This document shows, one piece after another, positions 43,104 through 52,935 of a DNA stretch of 64,000 bases. The notes below the pieces were generated by a model that was given only the letters and a program-made list of their open reading frames with translations, was not told where the DNA came from and did not search any database. The position numbers and the translations under genes are program-made. The first letter of the stretch is position 1, and every line of letters begins with the position of its first letter. The stretch lies in assembly GCA_963764715.1 (NCBI GenBank), contig CAVXTP010000021.1:192001-256000 (forward strand), written 5' to 3'. This DNA is from an uncultured Acidobacteriota bacterium. GTDB taxonomy: Bacteria; Acidobacteriota; Thermoanaerobaculia; UBA5066; Gp7-AA6.

Positions 43104-43879
43104 ACCCGCTGCGTGTCGCGCTGGTCCAGATGGACCTCGCCTGGGAGGACGTCGCCGAGAACCACCGGCGCGCGCGGCGGCACCTCGAGCGGGCGCGCGA
43201 CGGCGGGGCCCGCCTCGCCCTGCTGCCCGAGATGTTCTGCACCGGCTTCTCGATGGAGTCCGACCGCATCGCGCAGCCGCCCGGCGGGCCCTCGGAGACC
43301 TTTCTTCGGGACGCCGCGCGCGAGCTCGGGATCTCGATTCTGGCGTCGGTCCCGGAAGCGGGGCAGCCCCGGCCCCGCAACATGGCGATTCTCGCCGGCC
43401 CCGACGGGGCGCTGGCGAAGTACGCCAAGATCCATCCCTTCACGTTCGGCGGCGAGCATCGCGTCTACGCCGGGGGCGAAGGGATCGTGACCGTCCCGGT
43501 CGAAGGCGCCCGCGTGACCCCCTTCGTCTGTTACGACCTGCGCTTTCCGGAGCCCTTCCGTCTCGCCGCGGACGACACGGATCTCTTCGCGGTCGTCGCC
43601 AACTGGCCCGAGCCTCGCCGCGAGCACTGGCGCACGCTCCTGCGGGCCCGGGCGATCGAGAACCTGTGCTTCGTCGCGGGCGTCAACCGCGTCGGCGAGG
43701 GAGGCAAGCTCCGTTACGCGGGCGACTCGGTCGTCGTGTCGCCCTGGGGCGAAGTCCTCGTCGAGGGAGGGGCCGAAGAAGCCGTCCTCTTCGCCGACGT
43801 CGACCCCGCCGCCGTCCGCGACGCCCGGGCGAAGTTTCCGGCCCTCCAGGATCGCCGACCCGAGGCCTACCGAAAATAG
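43100..43879 (+). CDS. Carbon-nitrogen hydrolase (omega-amidase YafV-like)
   Basis: ATGA coupling; LPEMF, KIH, CYDLRFPE triad; ARAIEN. Confidence 0.92.
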   Translation: MNPLRVALVQMDLAWEDVAENHRRARRHLERARDGGARLALLPEMFCTGFSMESDRIAQPPGGPSETFLRDAARELGISILASVPEAGQPRPRNMAILAGPDGALAKYAKIHPFTFGGEHRVYAGGEGIVTVPVEGARVTPFVCYDLRFPEPFRLAADDTDLFAVVANWPEPRREHWRTLLRARAIENLCFVAGVNRVGEGGKLRYAGDSVVVSPWGEVLVEGGAEEAVLFADVDPAAVRDARAKFPALQDRRPEAYRK

Positions 43880-43943
43880 CTCTCTGGTCCGATTGCATCT
43901 GTCGCGGGGCCGGGCATCGGCAGACGCTTGCTCCGGACAAGCG

Positions 43944-44603
43944 ATGGGCCGACTCGTGCGGACCTCGATCGCCCTGGCCGCCCTGGGTCTGGCGCGAGTG
44001 CTGGAGGCGCAGGGTCCCGTCGGCCCGCCCCCGCAGCGGCACGTCGACCTGGCCGTGATGGCCGGCTACCGGTTCGAGAGCACGATCACGTTCGAGTTCC
44101 CGGGAGATTACGACCGCATCGAGGTCGACGACGCCCCGACGTGGGGCGTAGCGCTCGGCTACGGCCCGAACCCGAACTGGGAGTTCGAGCTGCAGTACAG
44201 CTACACCAGGGCTCCGGCGACGGCGATCGGTACGAATCCGAGGGTCGTCAACCAGGCCTTCGACCTCGGGCTGCACGACTTCCAGCTCGGCGTGCTCGGC
44301 TACCTCGCCTCGGCGCAGGAGCAGCTGCGACCCTACGTCGAGCTGTCGCTCGGCACGACGCTCGTCAACACCGGCGAGGGCTTCGGCAACACCGCCCACT
44401 TCTCGCTCGCCGTGGCCCTCGGCCTGAAGTACTACTTCAACGAGCACCTGGGGCTGCGCGCCGAAGTCCACTACATCCCGGTCTATCTTTATTCGTCGGG
44501 AGAGAGCGGCGTTTGGCTCTGCATCGACACCGTCTGCTGGGACACGGGTTCACGCTTCCTGCAGCAGTTCGACCTGCGCGCGGGCTTGACGTTCCGGTTC
44601 TGA
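43944..44603 (+). CDS. Outer membrane beta-barrel protein
   Basis: Signal peptide; amphipathic strands; terminal GLTFRF. Confidence 0.8.
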   Translation: MGRLVRTSIALAALGLARVLEAQGPVGPPPQRHVDLAVMAGYRFESTITFEFPGDYDRIEVDDAPTWGVALGYGPNPNWEFELQYSYTRAPATAIGTNPRVVNQAFDLGLHDFQLGVLGYLASAQEQLRPYVELSLGTTLVNTGEGFGNTAHFSLAVALGLKYYFNEHLGLRAEVHYIPVYLYSSGESGVWLCIDTVCWDTGSRFLQQFDLRAGLTFRF

Positions 44604-44648
44604 CCGGGACGGCGCCAATCCGAAAATTCGAGACCTGACCCCGCGTTG

Positions 44649-45926
44649 TTACGGACGGCTGGTCGCCGAGCCGATAGTGGCGAGCAGCCGCTCGGCGTTC
44701 CCGCGAAGGATGGCCTGCTTCTGCTCGGGCGTCAGGACTTCCGATCCCGTGATGGCGTCGAGGGCTCTCGCCATGCGTGCGGCGGTCGTGGCGCCCGAGG
44801 CGAAGAGGATCTGGTCCTTCAGGCCGGAGCCGACGAGGCGAGCGATGTAGCCGTCGAACTCGTATCGGGCCAGGGCCCACGCGATTCCCGCCGTGTCCGC
44901 GTAGACACGGGGATAGCGCCACATCAGACCGGCCATCGCGTCGGCGAAGGGCCAGGCCGCGCCGGAAACGATGATCGTCAGCTTGGGATGGCGCACGAGA
45001 ACGCTCTCGAGCTTGAGGGGGTCGCCGAGGGCGACGCGGTACTTCGCGCCGCTCTCGTCACGGTCCACGGGGCCGAGCGGAAAAACGACGGGGAGGTTGA
45101 GCTCTTCGGCGAGGGACCAGTAGGGTTCGAGCCGCGGATCGTCCGGCGCGATCCCGTCCGACTGGGCCAGCACGGGACCGATGAAGCGCGCCCGGGTTTT
45201 CGCGAGCGTGCGACGCAGCGCGGCGAGCCCGGGTCGGCGCTCGTCGACGTGAAAGCCCTCGGCGCCGGCCGTGAAGTCGACGACCGCGTCGGAGGACGGC
45301 GGCACGGTCGGAAGCGGCGTGCCCGTGGCGGCAGGCGCCGCCGGCCGCGGAGTCGCCGGCAACGTCGGCACGGGTGCCGTGGAGGGTGCTCGCGGTGCGG
45401 GCGTCGCGGTGGGCGACGGCGATGCAGGCGCGGCGGCCGCGACCGGCGGCGGGGGAGCGGCCGGCGTCCGTGTCGACGGGACCGTGGCGGTCGCGACGCC
45501 GGGCGTCGGAATGGGCGGCACCCCCGGCGCGCGGTGGGGATCCACGTCCACCATGACCCAGTAGCCGGGGTTCGGCGCCCGTGGGAACACCGTCTCGCGG
45601 ATCGTCCAGCGGAGGCACACGGCGACCGGCACCGGGGGACGCAGCAGGACCTGCGACGCGCGGCCGTCGGGGCCGAGCGCGAGAAGCACCGTGAACGGCA
45701 CCGCGTCCTCCGGCCGCGCGGACTCCGTGCAGGTCACGAGGGCGTCGCGGAGCTTCTTTTCGTCGAAGCGCGCGGCGACGCGCTGCTCGAGCTCGCGGCC
45801 CGCGGGAGTCGCCGCGGCGGCCTTCGCGAGATTGAGCGAGTCCTCGAACTTGTCGGCCCGGAGCGGCGGGCCCGCGAGCGCCAGCGCCGCGGCGGCCAGG
45901 GCGAGCGCCCTCGGCGCGGTTCGCAC
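44649..45926 (-). CDS. Secreted protein: TonB_C-like domain, Pro/Thr/Ala linker and degenerate amidohydrolase_2 half-barrel
   Basis: Signal peptide; PDDPRLEPYWSLAEELNLPV, RHPKL, YPRVYADT, ILRGNAERLL; metal ligands absent. Confidence 0.65.
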   Translation of the reverse strand: MRTAPRALALAAAALALAGPPLRADKFEDSLNLAKAAAATPAGRELEQRVAARFDEKKLRDALVTCTESARPEDAVPFTVLLALGPDGRASQVLLRPPVPVAVCLRWTIRETVFPRAPNPGYWVMVDVDPHRAPGVPPIPTPGVATATVPSTRTPAAPPPPVAAAAPASPSPTATPAPRAPSTAPVPTLPATPRPAAPAATGTPLPTVPPSSDAVVDFTAGAEGFHVDERRPGLAALRRTLAKTRARFIGPVLAQSDGIAPDDPRLEPYWSLAEELNLPVVFPLGPVDRDESGAKYRVALGDPLKLESVLVRHPKLTIIVSGAAWPFADAMAGLMWRYPRVYADTAGIAWALARYEFDGYIARLVGSGLKDQILFASGATTAARMARALDAITGSEVLTPEQKQAILRGNAERLLATIGSATSRP

Positions 45927-45929
45927 CGC

Positions 45930-47123
45930 CTAGGGTCGTCCGGAGGTCGCGTGCGCGAACGCCGCCAGCGCCTCGACGCCGCCCGCGATCATCTCCTCCG
46001 AGACCGAGAACGAGAACCGCAGGTGTCCCTCGCCCTCCGGGCCGAAGACGATCCCCGGCACGGTCGCGATCTTCGCCTCGTCGAGGAGCGTGCGCGCGGC
46101 CGCGCGCGAATCGGGCGGGAGCCAGGCCGGGGTCTTCGGAAAGAGGTAGAGGGCGGCCCGGGGCGTCTCGAGCTCGAAGCCCGCGGCCTTCAGCCCGGCG
46201 ACGAGCCGGTCGCGCCGCGAGCGGTAGCCCGCCTTCCACTCCGCGACGAACTCCGTGCCCCGCCCGAGGGCCTCGACCGCCGCCCACTGGGTCGGCGTCG
46301 AGACGCCGTTGGTCGTGTACAGCACGACGGTCTTGATGGGCATCTGGTAGCGCTTCGGCGCGAGGACGTAGCCGAGGCGCCAGCCCGTCATCGAGTAGCT
46401 CTTCGACAGCGTGTAGCAGGTGATCGTGCGCTCGAACATGCCGGGCAGCGAGGCGATCGGCACCGCGGGCTCGCCCTCGTAGACGAGGTCCTCGTAGGCC
46501 TCGTCGGCGATGACCGCGAGGCCGCGCTCTCGGGCGAAGGCCGCGACCTCCTGCGTTTCGGCGGCCGAGAAGACGTCGCCGGTCGGGTTGGCGGGGTTGT
46601 TCCAGTAGATGACCTTGGTGCGGCCGGTCGTCCGCGCCGCGAGAGCGGCCGCGAGTCCGCCGCGCCGCGCGGCGGCGGTCGCGACGAGCACCGCCCGGGC
46701 CTGGTGATACGCGACGAGGTCGACGATCGGCGTCCAGTACGGCGAGAGCATCAGCACCTCGTCGCCCGGATCGAGGAGCGTGGCGAATGCGGCGAAGAGC
46801 CCCTGCATGCCGCCGTTGACGACGACCGGGGCCTCGTCGTCGGCGGGGATGCGGTTGCGGTCGCGGGCCTTCGCCAGGATCGCCTGCCGCAGCTCGGGGA
46901 TCCCCGACGACGGCGCATACCGCGTCTGGTTTCGGACGAGCGCCGCTCCCATCGCGGCCTTCACGGTTTCCGGGGTGTTCATCCAGGGCTCGCCGCCCTC
47001 GAAGCGCCAGACCTTCTGGCCCGCGGACAGGAGCTCGATGACGCGGTTGCGGACCTTGACGATCTCGGAGAAGCCGACGTTCTCGAAGCGCTTCGCGGTG
47101 GAGGGAAAGGCGCCGTCGGTCAC
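45930..47123 (-). CDS. Aspartate aminotransferase-like PLP enzyme
   Basis: GIPELR, NNPANPTG, DEAY, SKSYSMTGWRLG. Confidence 0.93.
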   Translation of the reverse strand: MTDGAFPSTAKRFENVGFSEIVKVRNRVIELLSAGQKVWRFEGGEPWMNTPETVKAAMGAALVRNQTRYAPSSGIPELRQAILAKARDRNRIPADDEAPVVVNGGMQGLFAAFATLLDPGDEVLMLSPYWTPIVDLVAYHQARAVLVATAAARRGGLAAALAARTTGRTKVIYWNNPANPTGDVFSAAETQEVAAFARERGLAVIADEAYEDLVYEGEPAVPIASLPGMFERTITCYTLSKSYSMTGWRLGYVLAPKRYQMPIKTVVLYTTNGVSTPTQWAAVEALGRGTEFVAEWKAGYRSRRDRLVAGLKAAGFELETPRAALYLFPKTPAWLPPDSRAAARTLLDEAKIATVPGIVFGPEGEGHLRFSFSVSEEMIAGGVEALAAFAHATSGRP

Positions 47124-47133
47124 CGTGCGCCCC

Positions 47134-47328
47134 TCAAACCGCGGCCTTCCGGCCGGGGCCCATCAGAAAGTACAGGATCATGCCGAGGACCGGCAGCAGG
47201 ATGACGAGAACGCACCAGAGCAGCTTCGTTCCGCTGTCGGCCGAGCTCTTCAGGATCGACACGATGGCGATGACGTCGAGGACGGTGACGACGAGCCAGA
47301 GGAGCGGGTTGCCGAAGGTGTGAAACAT
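47134..47328 (-). CDS. PLDc_N-type small membrane protein (64 aa)
   Basis: AAGGAGG RBS; KLLWCVLVILLPVLGMILYFL. Confidence 0.85.
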   Translation of the reverse strand: MFHTFGNPLLWLVVTVLDVIAIVSILKSSADSGTKLLWCVLVILLPVLGMILYFLMGPGRKAAV

Positions 47329-47339
47329 CGCGCCCTCCT

Positions 47340-48887
47340 TCAGAGCTTCTCGGAGATCGCCTTCTGCTGGGTGAAGAGGTACAGGTACTCGCGGCCGCCG
47401 GCCTTGGAGTCCGTTCCCGACATGTTGAAGCCGCCGAAGGGATGGACGCCCACGAGGGCGCCGGTGCACTTGCGGTTGAGGTACAGGTTGCCGACGTGGA
47501 GGTCGCGCTTCCCGCGCTCGAGCCGCTCCCGCACGCGGGAGTAGAGCGAGCCGGTCAGGCCGTACTCCGAGTGGTTCGCGACCTTGATGCCTTCCTCGAA
47601 CGTGCGGACCGTCAGCACCGAGAGGACGGGGCCGAAGATCTCCTCGCAGGCCAGGCGCGCGTTCGGCCCGACGCCGTCGACGACGGTGGGCATGACGAAG
47701 TAGCCCTGCTTCGGGCCGGCCTTTCCTCCCGCGACGACGCGGCCTTCCTTCTTTCCGAGAGCCGCGTACTCGAGGATCTTCTTGTGCGCCCGCGCGTTGA
47801 TCACGGCGCCGACGGTGTTCTTCGGGTCGCGCACGTCGCCGACCGAGAGCGCCTTCGTCTTCGCGACGACGCGGGCGAGCAGGTCCTTGTGGACCTTCTG
47901 GTGGACGATCAGGCGGGAGCAGGCCGAGCATTTCTGCCCCTGGAAGCCGAACGCCGCCGCCACGATTCCGTTGGCGGCGTCCTCGACGTCCGCGGTCTCG
48001 TCGACGAGGATGAAGTCCTTGCCGCCCATCTCGAGAATGGCCCGCTTGATCCAGATCTGGCCGGGCACGACGCGTCCGGCCTTCTCGGAGACCTGCAGGC
48101 CCACGTCGCGCGAGCCCGTGAACGCGATCAGCCGTGTCTTCGGATGCTCGACGAGGGCGTTGCCCGCGATCGCGCCCCCGCCCGTCAGGAAGTTCAGGAC
48201 GCCGTCGGGCACGCCGGCCTCGTCGCAGGCGTCGAGGAACATGGAGGCGATTCCGGCGGCGTCGGAGGAGGGCTTGAGGACCACGGTGTTGCCGGCGACG
48301 AGGGCCGCGGTCGTCATGCCGGTCAGGATCGCGAGCGGAAAGTTCCAGGGCGGGATGACGACGGCCACGCCCAGCGGGATGTGCTCGAGCTCGTTGTACT
48401 CCCCGGGGTAGGGGGTCAGCGGCTGGGGGAGCGCGAGGCGCTCCATCTCGCGCGCGTAGAACTCGCAGAAATCGATCGCCTCCGCCGTGTCGCCGTCGGC
48501 CTCGGCCCAGGACTTCGACTCCTCGAGGACCATCATGGCCGAGAACTCGTGCTTGCGGCGCCGCAGAATCGAGGCGATCCGCAGGACGAGCGCCGATCGT
48601 TCGGCGTGCGGCGTCCGGCTCCAGCTCGGGAAGGCCTTCGTCGCGGCGTCCACGGCCCGCGACGCGTCGGCCGCGGAGGCCTCCGGGAAGCGCCCGATCA
48701 CCTGTTTGAAGTCGGAGGGATTGAGGGACTCGAAATCCTTCGGGGCGCCGAAGTCCTTGCCGCCGATCCGGTTCTTGCCCTTGATCGGGAGCCGTTTTTC
48801 GACGGCCGCGAGGGCGGCGCGGAAGGCCTTGGCGTTGGCGTCGACGGAGAAGTCGGTGAAGGGCTCGTTGCGGAATTCGGGAAGCAA
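47340..48887 (-). CDS. pruA: L-glutamate gamma-semialdehyde (P5C) dehydrogenase
   Basis: TTG start after GGAGG; FRNEP, PWNFP, EMGGK, GQKCSACS, EEIFGP, GTDSKAGG. Confidence 0.93.
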   Translation of the reverse strand: MLPEFRNEPFTDFSVDANAKAFRAALAAVEKRLPIKGKNRIGGKDFGAPKDFESLNPSDFKQVIGRFPEASAADASRAVDAATKAFPSWSRTPHAERSALVLRIASILRRRKHEFSAMMVLEESKSWAEADGDTAEAIDFCEFYAREMERLALPQPLTPYPGEYNELEHIPLGVAVVIPPWNFPLAILTGMTTAALVAGNTVVLKPSSDAAGIASMFLDACDEAGVPDGVLNFLTGGGAIAGNALVEHPKTRLIAFTGSRDVGLQVSEKAGRVVPGQIWIKRAILEMGGKDFILVDETADVEDAANGIVAAAFGFQGQKCSACSRLIVHQKVHKDLLARVVAKTKALSVGDVRDPKNTVGAVINARAHKKILEYAALGKKEGRVVAGGKAGPKQGYFVMPTVVDGVGPNARLACEEIFGPVLSVLTVRTFEEGIKVANHSEYGLTGSLYSRVRERLERGKRDLHVGNLYLNRKCTGALVGVHPFGGFNMSGTDSKAGGREYLYLFTQQKAISEKL

Positions 48888-48947
48888 GTTGTGGACCTCC
48901 GAAGCCGAAAATCTATCAGAAGGGCGCCCCGGCGGGCCGCTTCTGAG

Positions 48948-50129
48948 ATGATCCCGGACGTGGTCACGGCGGCTGGCGCGGCGGCGCTCTCGAACGAGGA
49001 AATCCGCCGTTACGCGCGACACCTGATCCTCCCGGAAGTCGGGCCGGAGGGCCAGAAGAAGCTGAAGGGAGCAAAAGTCCTCCTCGTCGGCGCGGGGGGG
49101 CTCGGGTCGCCCGCGGCGCTCTATCTGGCGGCCGCCGGGGTCGGCACCCTCGGCCTCGTCGACTTCGACTCCGTCGACGAGTCGAACCTGCACCGCCAGA
49201 TCCTCTACGGAACCTCCGACGTGGGCCGGCCGAAGCTCTCGGCCGCGGCCGCGCGCCTCGCCGACGTGAATCCGAACGTGCGCGTCGTGCCGTTCGAGAC
49301 GCGCCTGACCTCGGAGAACGCCCTCGGGATCCTGTCCGACTTCGACGTCGTCGCCGACGGCACGGACAACTTCCCGACGCGTTACCTCGTCAACGACGCC
49401 TGCGTCCTGCTCGGGAAGCCCAACGCCTACGCCTCGATCTTCCGGTTCGAGGGGCAGGCCTCGGTCTTCGGCGCGCCGGGCGGGCCCTGCTACCGCTGCC
49501 TGTACGCGGAGCCGCCGCCTCCCGGCGTCGTGCCGTCGTGCGCCGAGGGCGGAGTGCTCGGCATTCTGCCGGGGCTCCTCGGGACCATCCAGGCCGCCGA
49601 GACCATCAAGCTCGTCCTCGGCGTCGGCGAGCCGCTCGTCGGCCGGCTGCTCCTCGTCGACGCGCTCGGCATGCGATTCCGGGAGCTCCGGGTCCGCAGG
49701 AACCCGGACTGCGCGGTCTGCGGTCCGCGCCCCACCGTGACCCGGCTCGTCGACTACGAGGCGTTCTGCGGGGGGCCGCCCTCTGCTATCGTCCCGCCCA
49801 TGCACGCCCACGTCGAAGAGGTGACGGTCGAGGAGCTCAAGCAGGCCCGCGACCGCGGCGAGACGATCGTTCTCCTCGACGTGCGCGAGCCCCGCGAGTG
49901 GGCGATCTCCGACCTGCCGGATTCGATCAAGATCCCCCTCGGCTCGCTGCCCGACAGCCTCGACAAGCTCTCGAAGGACGACGACATCGTCGTCTACTGC
50001 CGGAGCGGCGCGCGCAGCGGGAACGCCGTCCAGTTCCTGATGCAGCGGGGCTTCGACAAGGTCCGCAATCTCGCCGGCGGCATCAACAAGTGGGCGGAGC
50101 GCATCGACACGTCGCTTCCGCGTTACTGA
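48948..50129 (+). CDS. moeB: MoeB/MoeZ-type adenylyltransferase with C-terminal rhodanese domain
   Basis: RYARH, GAGGLG, SNLHRQ, two CxxC motifs, rhodanese CRSGARS. Confidence 0.95.
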   Translation: MIPDVVTAAGAAALSNEEIRRYARHLILPEVGPEGQKKLKGAKVLLVGAGGLGSPAALYLAAAGVGTLGLVDFDSVDESNLHRQILYGTSDVGRPKLSAAAARLADVNPNVRVVPFETRLTSENALGILSDFDVVADGTDNFPTRYLVNDACVLLGKPNAYASIFRFEGQASVFGAPGGPCYRCLYAEPPPPGVVPSCAEGGVLGILPGLLGTIQAAETIKLVLGVGEPLVGRLLLVDALGMRFRELRVRRNPDCAVCGPRPTVTRLVDYEAFCGGPPSAIVPPMHAHVEEVTVEELKQARDRGETIVLLDVREPREWAISDLPDSIKIPLGSLPDSLDKLSKDDDIVVYCRSGARSGNAVQFLMQRGFDKVRNLAGGINKWAERIDTSLPRY

Positions 50130-50142
50130 ACCCGCCACCGCG

Positions 50143-50316
50143 ATGCGCCGCGTCGGTCTGATCTTCCTGGCGGCGGGACTGGCGGGCTTTCTGTTCGCCT
50201 CGAGTCAGCGCGCGCGGCATTCCTCGGTCGACGCCTGGGAAACGGGCCGGTGGCTCTTCGTGGGGATGGCGGTGATGGGGGTCGTGTTCGTGGTCCTCCC
50301 CGGCCCCCGCAACTGA
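50143..50316 (+). CDS. Small two-TM membrane protein (57 aa), not in the ORF track
   Basis: MRRVGLIFLAAGLAGFLFASS..WETGRWLFVGMAVMGVVFVVLPGPRN fills the intergenic gap. Confidence 0.6.
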   Translation: MRRVGLIFLAAGLAGFLFASSQRARHSSVDAWETGRWLFVGMAVMGVVFVVLPGPRN

Positions 50317-50326
50317 GCTTCCGTCC

Positions 50327-51391
50327 TTACTCTTTTTCCTTCTCCTTCGCCGGCGCGACCTTCTTCGGCGGCGCCGCGGGCGGGGCGCCGACCTTCCGCC
50401 CGGACTGCCCGGCGCGGCGGTGGAGGCTCTCGCACCAGTCCCAGATCCGGTCGAACCGCGCGCGCGCGTCGGCGTGGGCATCGGGGCTCATGCCGGCGAA
50501 CCGGCGCGCCTCGACCGTCACGACCTGGTTGAGGACCTGCACCCGCAGCCGCGAATAGTGCGTCGCGAACAGGTTGCGGGGGAGCGAGGCGGCGTCGCTC
50601 GCCTGGAGCACGGCCACGAGATCGCGGTACTCCGCCTCGGACAGCTCGATTGCGCGCACGGAGGAGGACGCCTTGCCGGGGGAGCCCGAGCGGTCGAGCG
50701 CCCGCCGCCCCGACACGACGAGGAGCCACGCCTCCGCGGCCTCTCCCGCGCCCGGATGGTCCGTCGAGCGCTGCGCCAGGACCTCGAGCGCCTCCGGCGC
50801 GAGGGCGCCCGAGGCGAGCTTCTCGAGACCTTCCTTGAGGCCCTGGATCCGGATGCCCGTTTTCGAAGGCCCCTCACCGGCCGCGAGCACCGCCCGCGCG
50901 AGCTCCTCGAGCTCCTCGTCGGGCTTCTCGTCCCCGACGACCGCGACGCTGTGCGTGACGTCGCCGAGCGTGACCGCGATGCGTCCCTGGATTTCCTTCT
51001 CGCCGCCCTCGGACTCGCCGACCTCGGCCGGAAACGTGCCGAACCGGGTCCGGCGCACCGCCTTCATGAGGGCCAGCACCTGCTTGCGATCGACGCGGAA
51101 CTGGATCTGGCGGTTCCAGAGCCCCACGCCCGCGCCGTCGATGCGGCAGGCCGTGAGGAGGCCCGGCCGGGTCGGCCAGGCGACGTCGATCGTGAAATCG
51201 GCGGGGCTCTTCTTGCCGGCGATGCGCGCGTCGAGGTCGGCCGCAAGCGGATCGGGCTGGCGCCGCCTCGCCTCCTCGCGCTCCTTTTCCTCGCGCGCTT
51301 CCTGCGCCGGGGTCTCCTGCGCGGCCAGTCGAGGCGCCGGGGCGAGGGAGAGCAGGCACGCGGCGGCGACGAGGGCGCGGGTCAGGCGCAT
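50327..51391 (-). CDS. Secreted hypothetical protein (paralog of 51816-52811)
   Basis: Signal peptide; shares GVG.W..QF, RFG..P, LP..L.A, R.F.GM, FDRI with the paralog. Confidence 0.75.
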   Translation of the reverse strand: MRLTRALVAAACLLSLAPAPRLAAQETPAQEAREEKEREEARRRQPDPLAADLDARIAGKKSPADFTIDVAWPTRPGLLTACRIDGAGVGLWNRQIQFRVDRKQVLALMKAVRRTRFGTFPAEVGESEGGEKEIQGRIAVTLGDVTHSVAVVGDEKPDEELEELARAVLAAGEGPSKTGIRIQGLKEGLEKLASGALAPEALEVLAQRSTDHPGAGEAAEAWLLVVSGRRALDRSGSPGKASSSVRAIELSEAEYRDLVAVLQASDAASLPRNLFATHYSRLRVQVLNQVVTVEARRFAGMSPDAHADARARFDRIWDWCESLHRRAGQSGRKVGAPPAAPPKKVAPAKEKEKE

Positions 51392-51434
51392 GGGCCCGGC
51401 GAGCGTCGCCCGCCCGCCCGGACCGGCGGAGACT

Positions 51435-51806
51435 TCAGCCGGCAGTCGTCGCATTCGGGTCCTCCTGAAGCAGGCGGTCGATCCTGGCGGCGAGGATGAA
51501 GTCGTTCTCGTGGAGCCCGCCGATCTTGTGGGTCCAGAGCGTCAGGTCCACCCGGTTCCAGTGAATCGCGATGTCCGGGTGGTGGCCTGCGGCCTCCGCG
51601 ACGTCGGCGACGCGGTTGACGAACTTCATCGCCTCGACGAAGTCGCGGAACTCGAAGTGGCGCTGGAGACGCGTCGCCGCGGCGGCGAGCGACCAGTCGG
51701 GAGTCCCGACCGCGAGCTCCCGGGCGGCCTCTTCGGAGAGCGGCGGGACGCCTCCCCGGCAGGGCTGGCAGTGGCGGCCGGCGAGGCCTTCCATGTCGTC
51801 GACCAC
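51435..51806 (-). CDS. Pterin-4-alpha-carbinolamine dehydratase
   Basis: CQPCRGGVPPL, HHPDI, WTHKIGGLHENDFILAA. Confidence 0.95.
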   Translation of the reverse strand: MVDDMEGLAGRHCQPCRGGVPPLSEEAARELAVGTPDWSLAAAATRLQRHFEFRDFVEAMKFVNRVADVAEAAGHHPDIAIHWNRVDLTLWTHKIGGLHENDFILAARIDRLLQEDPNATTAG

Positions 51807-51815
51807 GGGCGGATC

Positions 51816-52811
51816 CTATCGGAGGCCCGCGCCGGGGGCCCCGTGCCCGGGCGGAGGAGGCGTGGCGATCGGAGAGGGCGTCGTTTCCGGGGCTTCGAGG
51901 CGGGCGTGGAGCGAGTCGAAGGCCGCGACGATCCGGTCGAACGCATTCTGCCGCTCCCCGTTGGTCTCGCGGGTCATCCCGCGGAACTTCCGTCCCGCAA
52001 CGGTTCGCGTGTACCTCATGACCTGCAGCGTGAGGTCGGTGTAGCTCTCGGCGTAGAGGCTCTGCGGCAAGGTCGCGGGCTCCGCCCCGGCCAGGAGGGT
52101 CGCGAGGTCGTGAAACTCCTCTTCCGAGAGGGCGCGCGCCGGGCCCGGGGCCGGCGGCCGGCCCGCCTCGCTCCGCTCGAGGCGCGCGTCGCGGCCTTCG
52201 ATCCTCAACGTCCAGCCGGGCGTCCCCGGCGGGTCCGGGCGCCGCTGCACCGCGGCCTCGAGCACCCTTGGCGAAAGCCGCCCCGCCGCGACGAGGCGAA
52301 GCCCGTCGTCGAGGCTCGTGGCGCGCACGCCCGTCTGCGCCGGGCCCTCGCAGATCCGCAGGATCTTCTCGACGAGCTTCGCGAAGGCCTTCGACTGATC
52401 GCCGTTGACGAGCTGGACCGTCGTCTTGCGCGCGGCGCCGGCGCGGACCACGAGGCGGCCCCGCAGTCGCGGCCCTTTGTCCTTCTCGCCCTCCTCGTCC
52501 TCGCCGAACCGGTCCGGCATCGACCCGAACCGCGCCTTCCGGAGAAGCTCGAGGATCTCGAGAACCCGGGCCTTCGGAAGCTCGAACTGCGCCTCGCCCT
52601 GCCAGACGCCGACCCCGTCCCCGAAGACTCGCGCCGTCGTCGCGCGGCCGGCACCCGACCAGAAGACGTCGAGACGCACGTCCCCGAGTCCGGCCCGGCC
52701 CTCGAGCCGCGCCTCGAGAGCGGGGGTGAGCACGTCCTCCGAAAGGCCGGCGGCCGGCCAGGCCAGCCCGGCCGCTAGTAAAAGTCCCAGCAGAGGCGAT
52801 CGGCGGTCCAC
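51816..52811 (-). CDS. Secreted hypothetical protein (paralog of 50327-51391)
   Basis: GTG 52811 gives signal peptide MDRRSPLLGLLLAAGLAWPAAG; motifs shared with the paralog. Confidence 0.72.
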   Translation of the reverse strand: MDRRSPLLGLLLAAGLAWPAAGLSEDVLTPALEARLEGRAGLGDVRLDVFWSGAGRATTARVFGDGVGVWQGEAQFELPKARVLEILELLRKARFGSMPDRFGEDEEGEKDKGPRLRGRLVVRAGAARKTTVQLVNGDQSKAFAKLVEKILRICEGPAQTGVRATSLDDGLRLVAAGRLSPRVLEAAVQRRPDPPGTPGWTLRIEGRDARLERSEAGRPPAPGPARALSEEEFHDLATLLAGAEPATLPQSLYAESYTDLTLQVMRYTRTVAGRKFRGMTRETNGERQNAFDRIVAAFDSLHARLEAPETTPSPIATPPPPGHGAPGAGLR

Positions 52812-52935
52812 GCTAGTCTTCGAGCCGGCGCGGATGCTATCGCAGCCCTCCGCGGACTCTCGACTCTTCGGATGCGTCCTCGGGACGGAGCGCTCGGGCG
52901 CCCGTTCTCCGGTCGCTCGCCAACGGAGGAACTGG

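Noticed and set aside
45290-45530. Low-complexity GC-rich repeat-like stretch
   Set aside because: Explained as the Pro/Thr/Ala linker of the minus-strand gene
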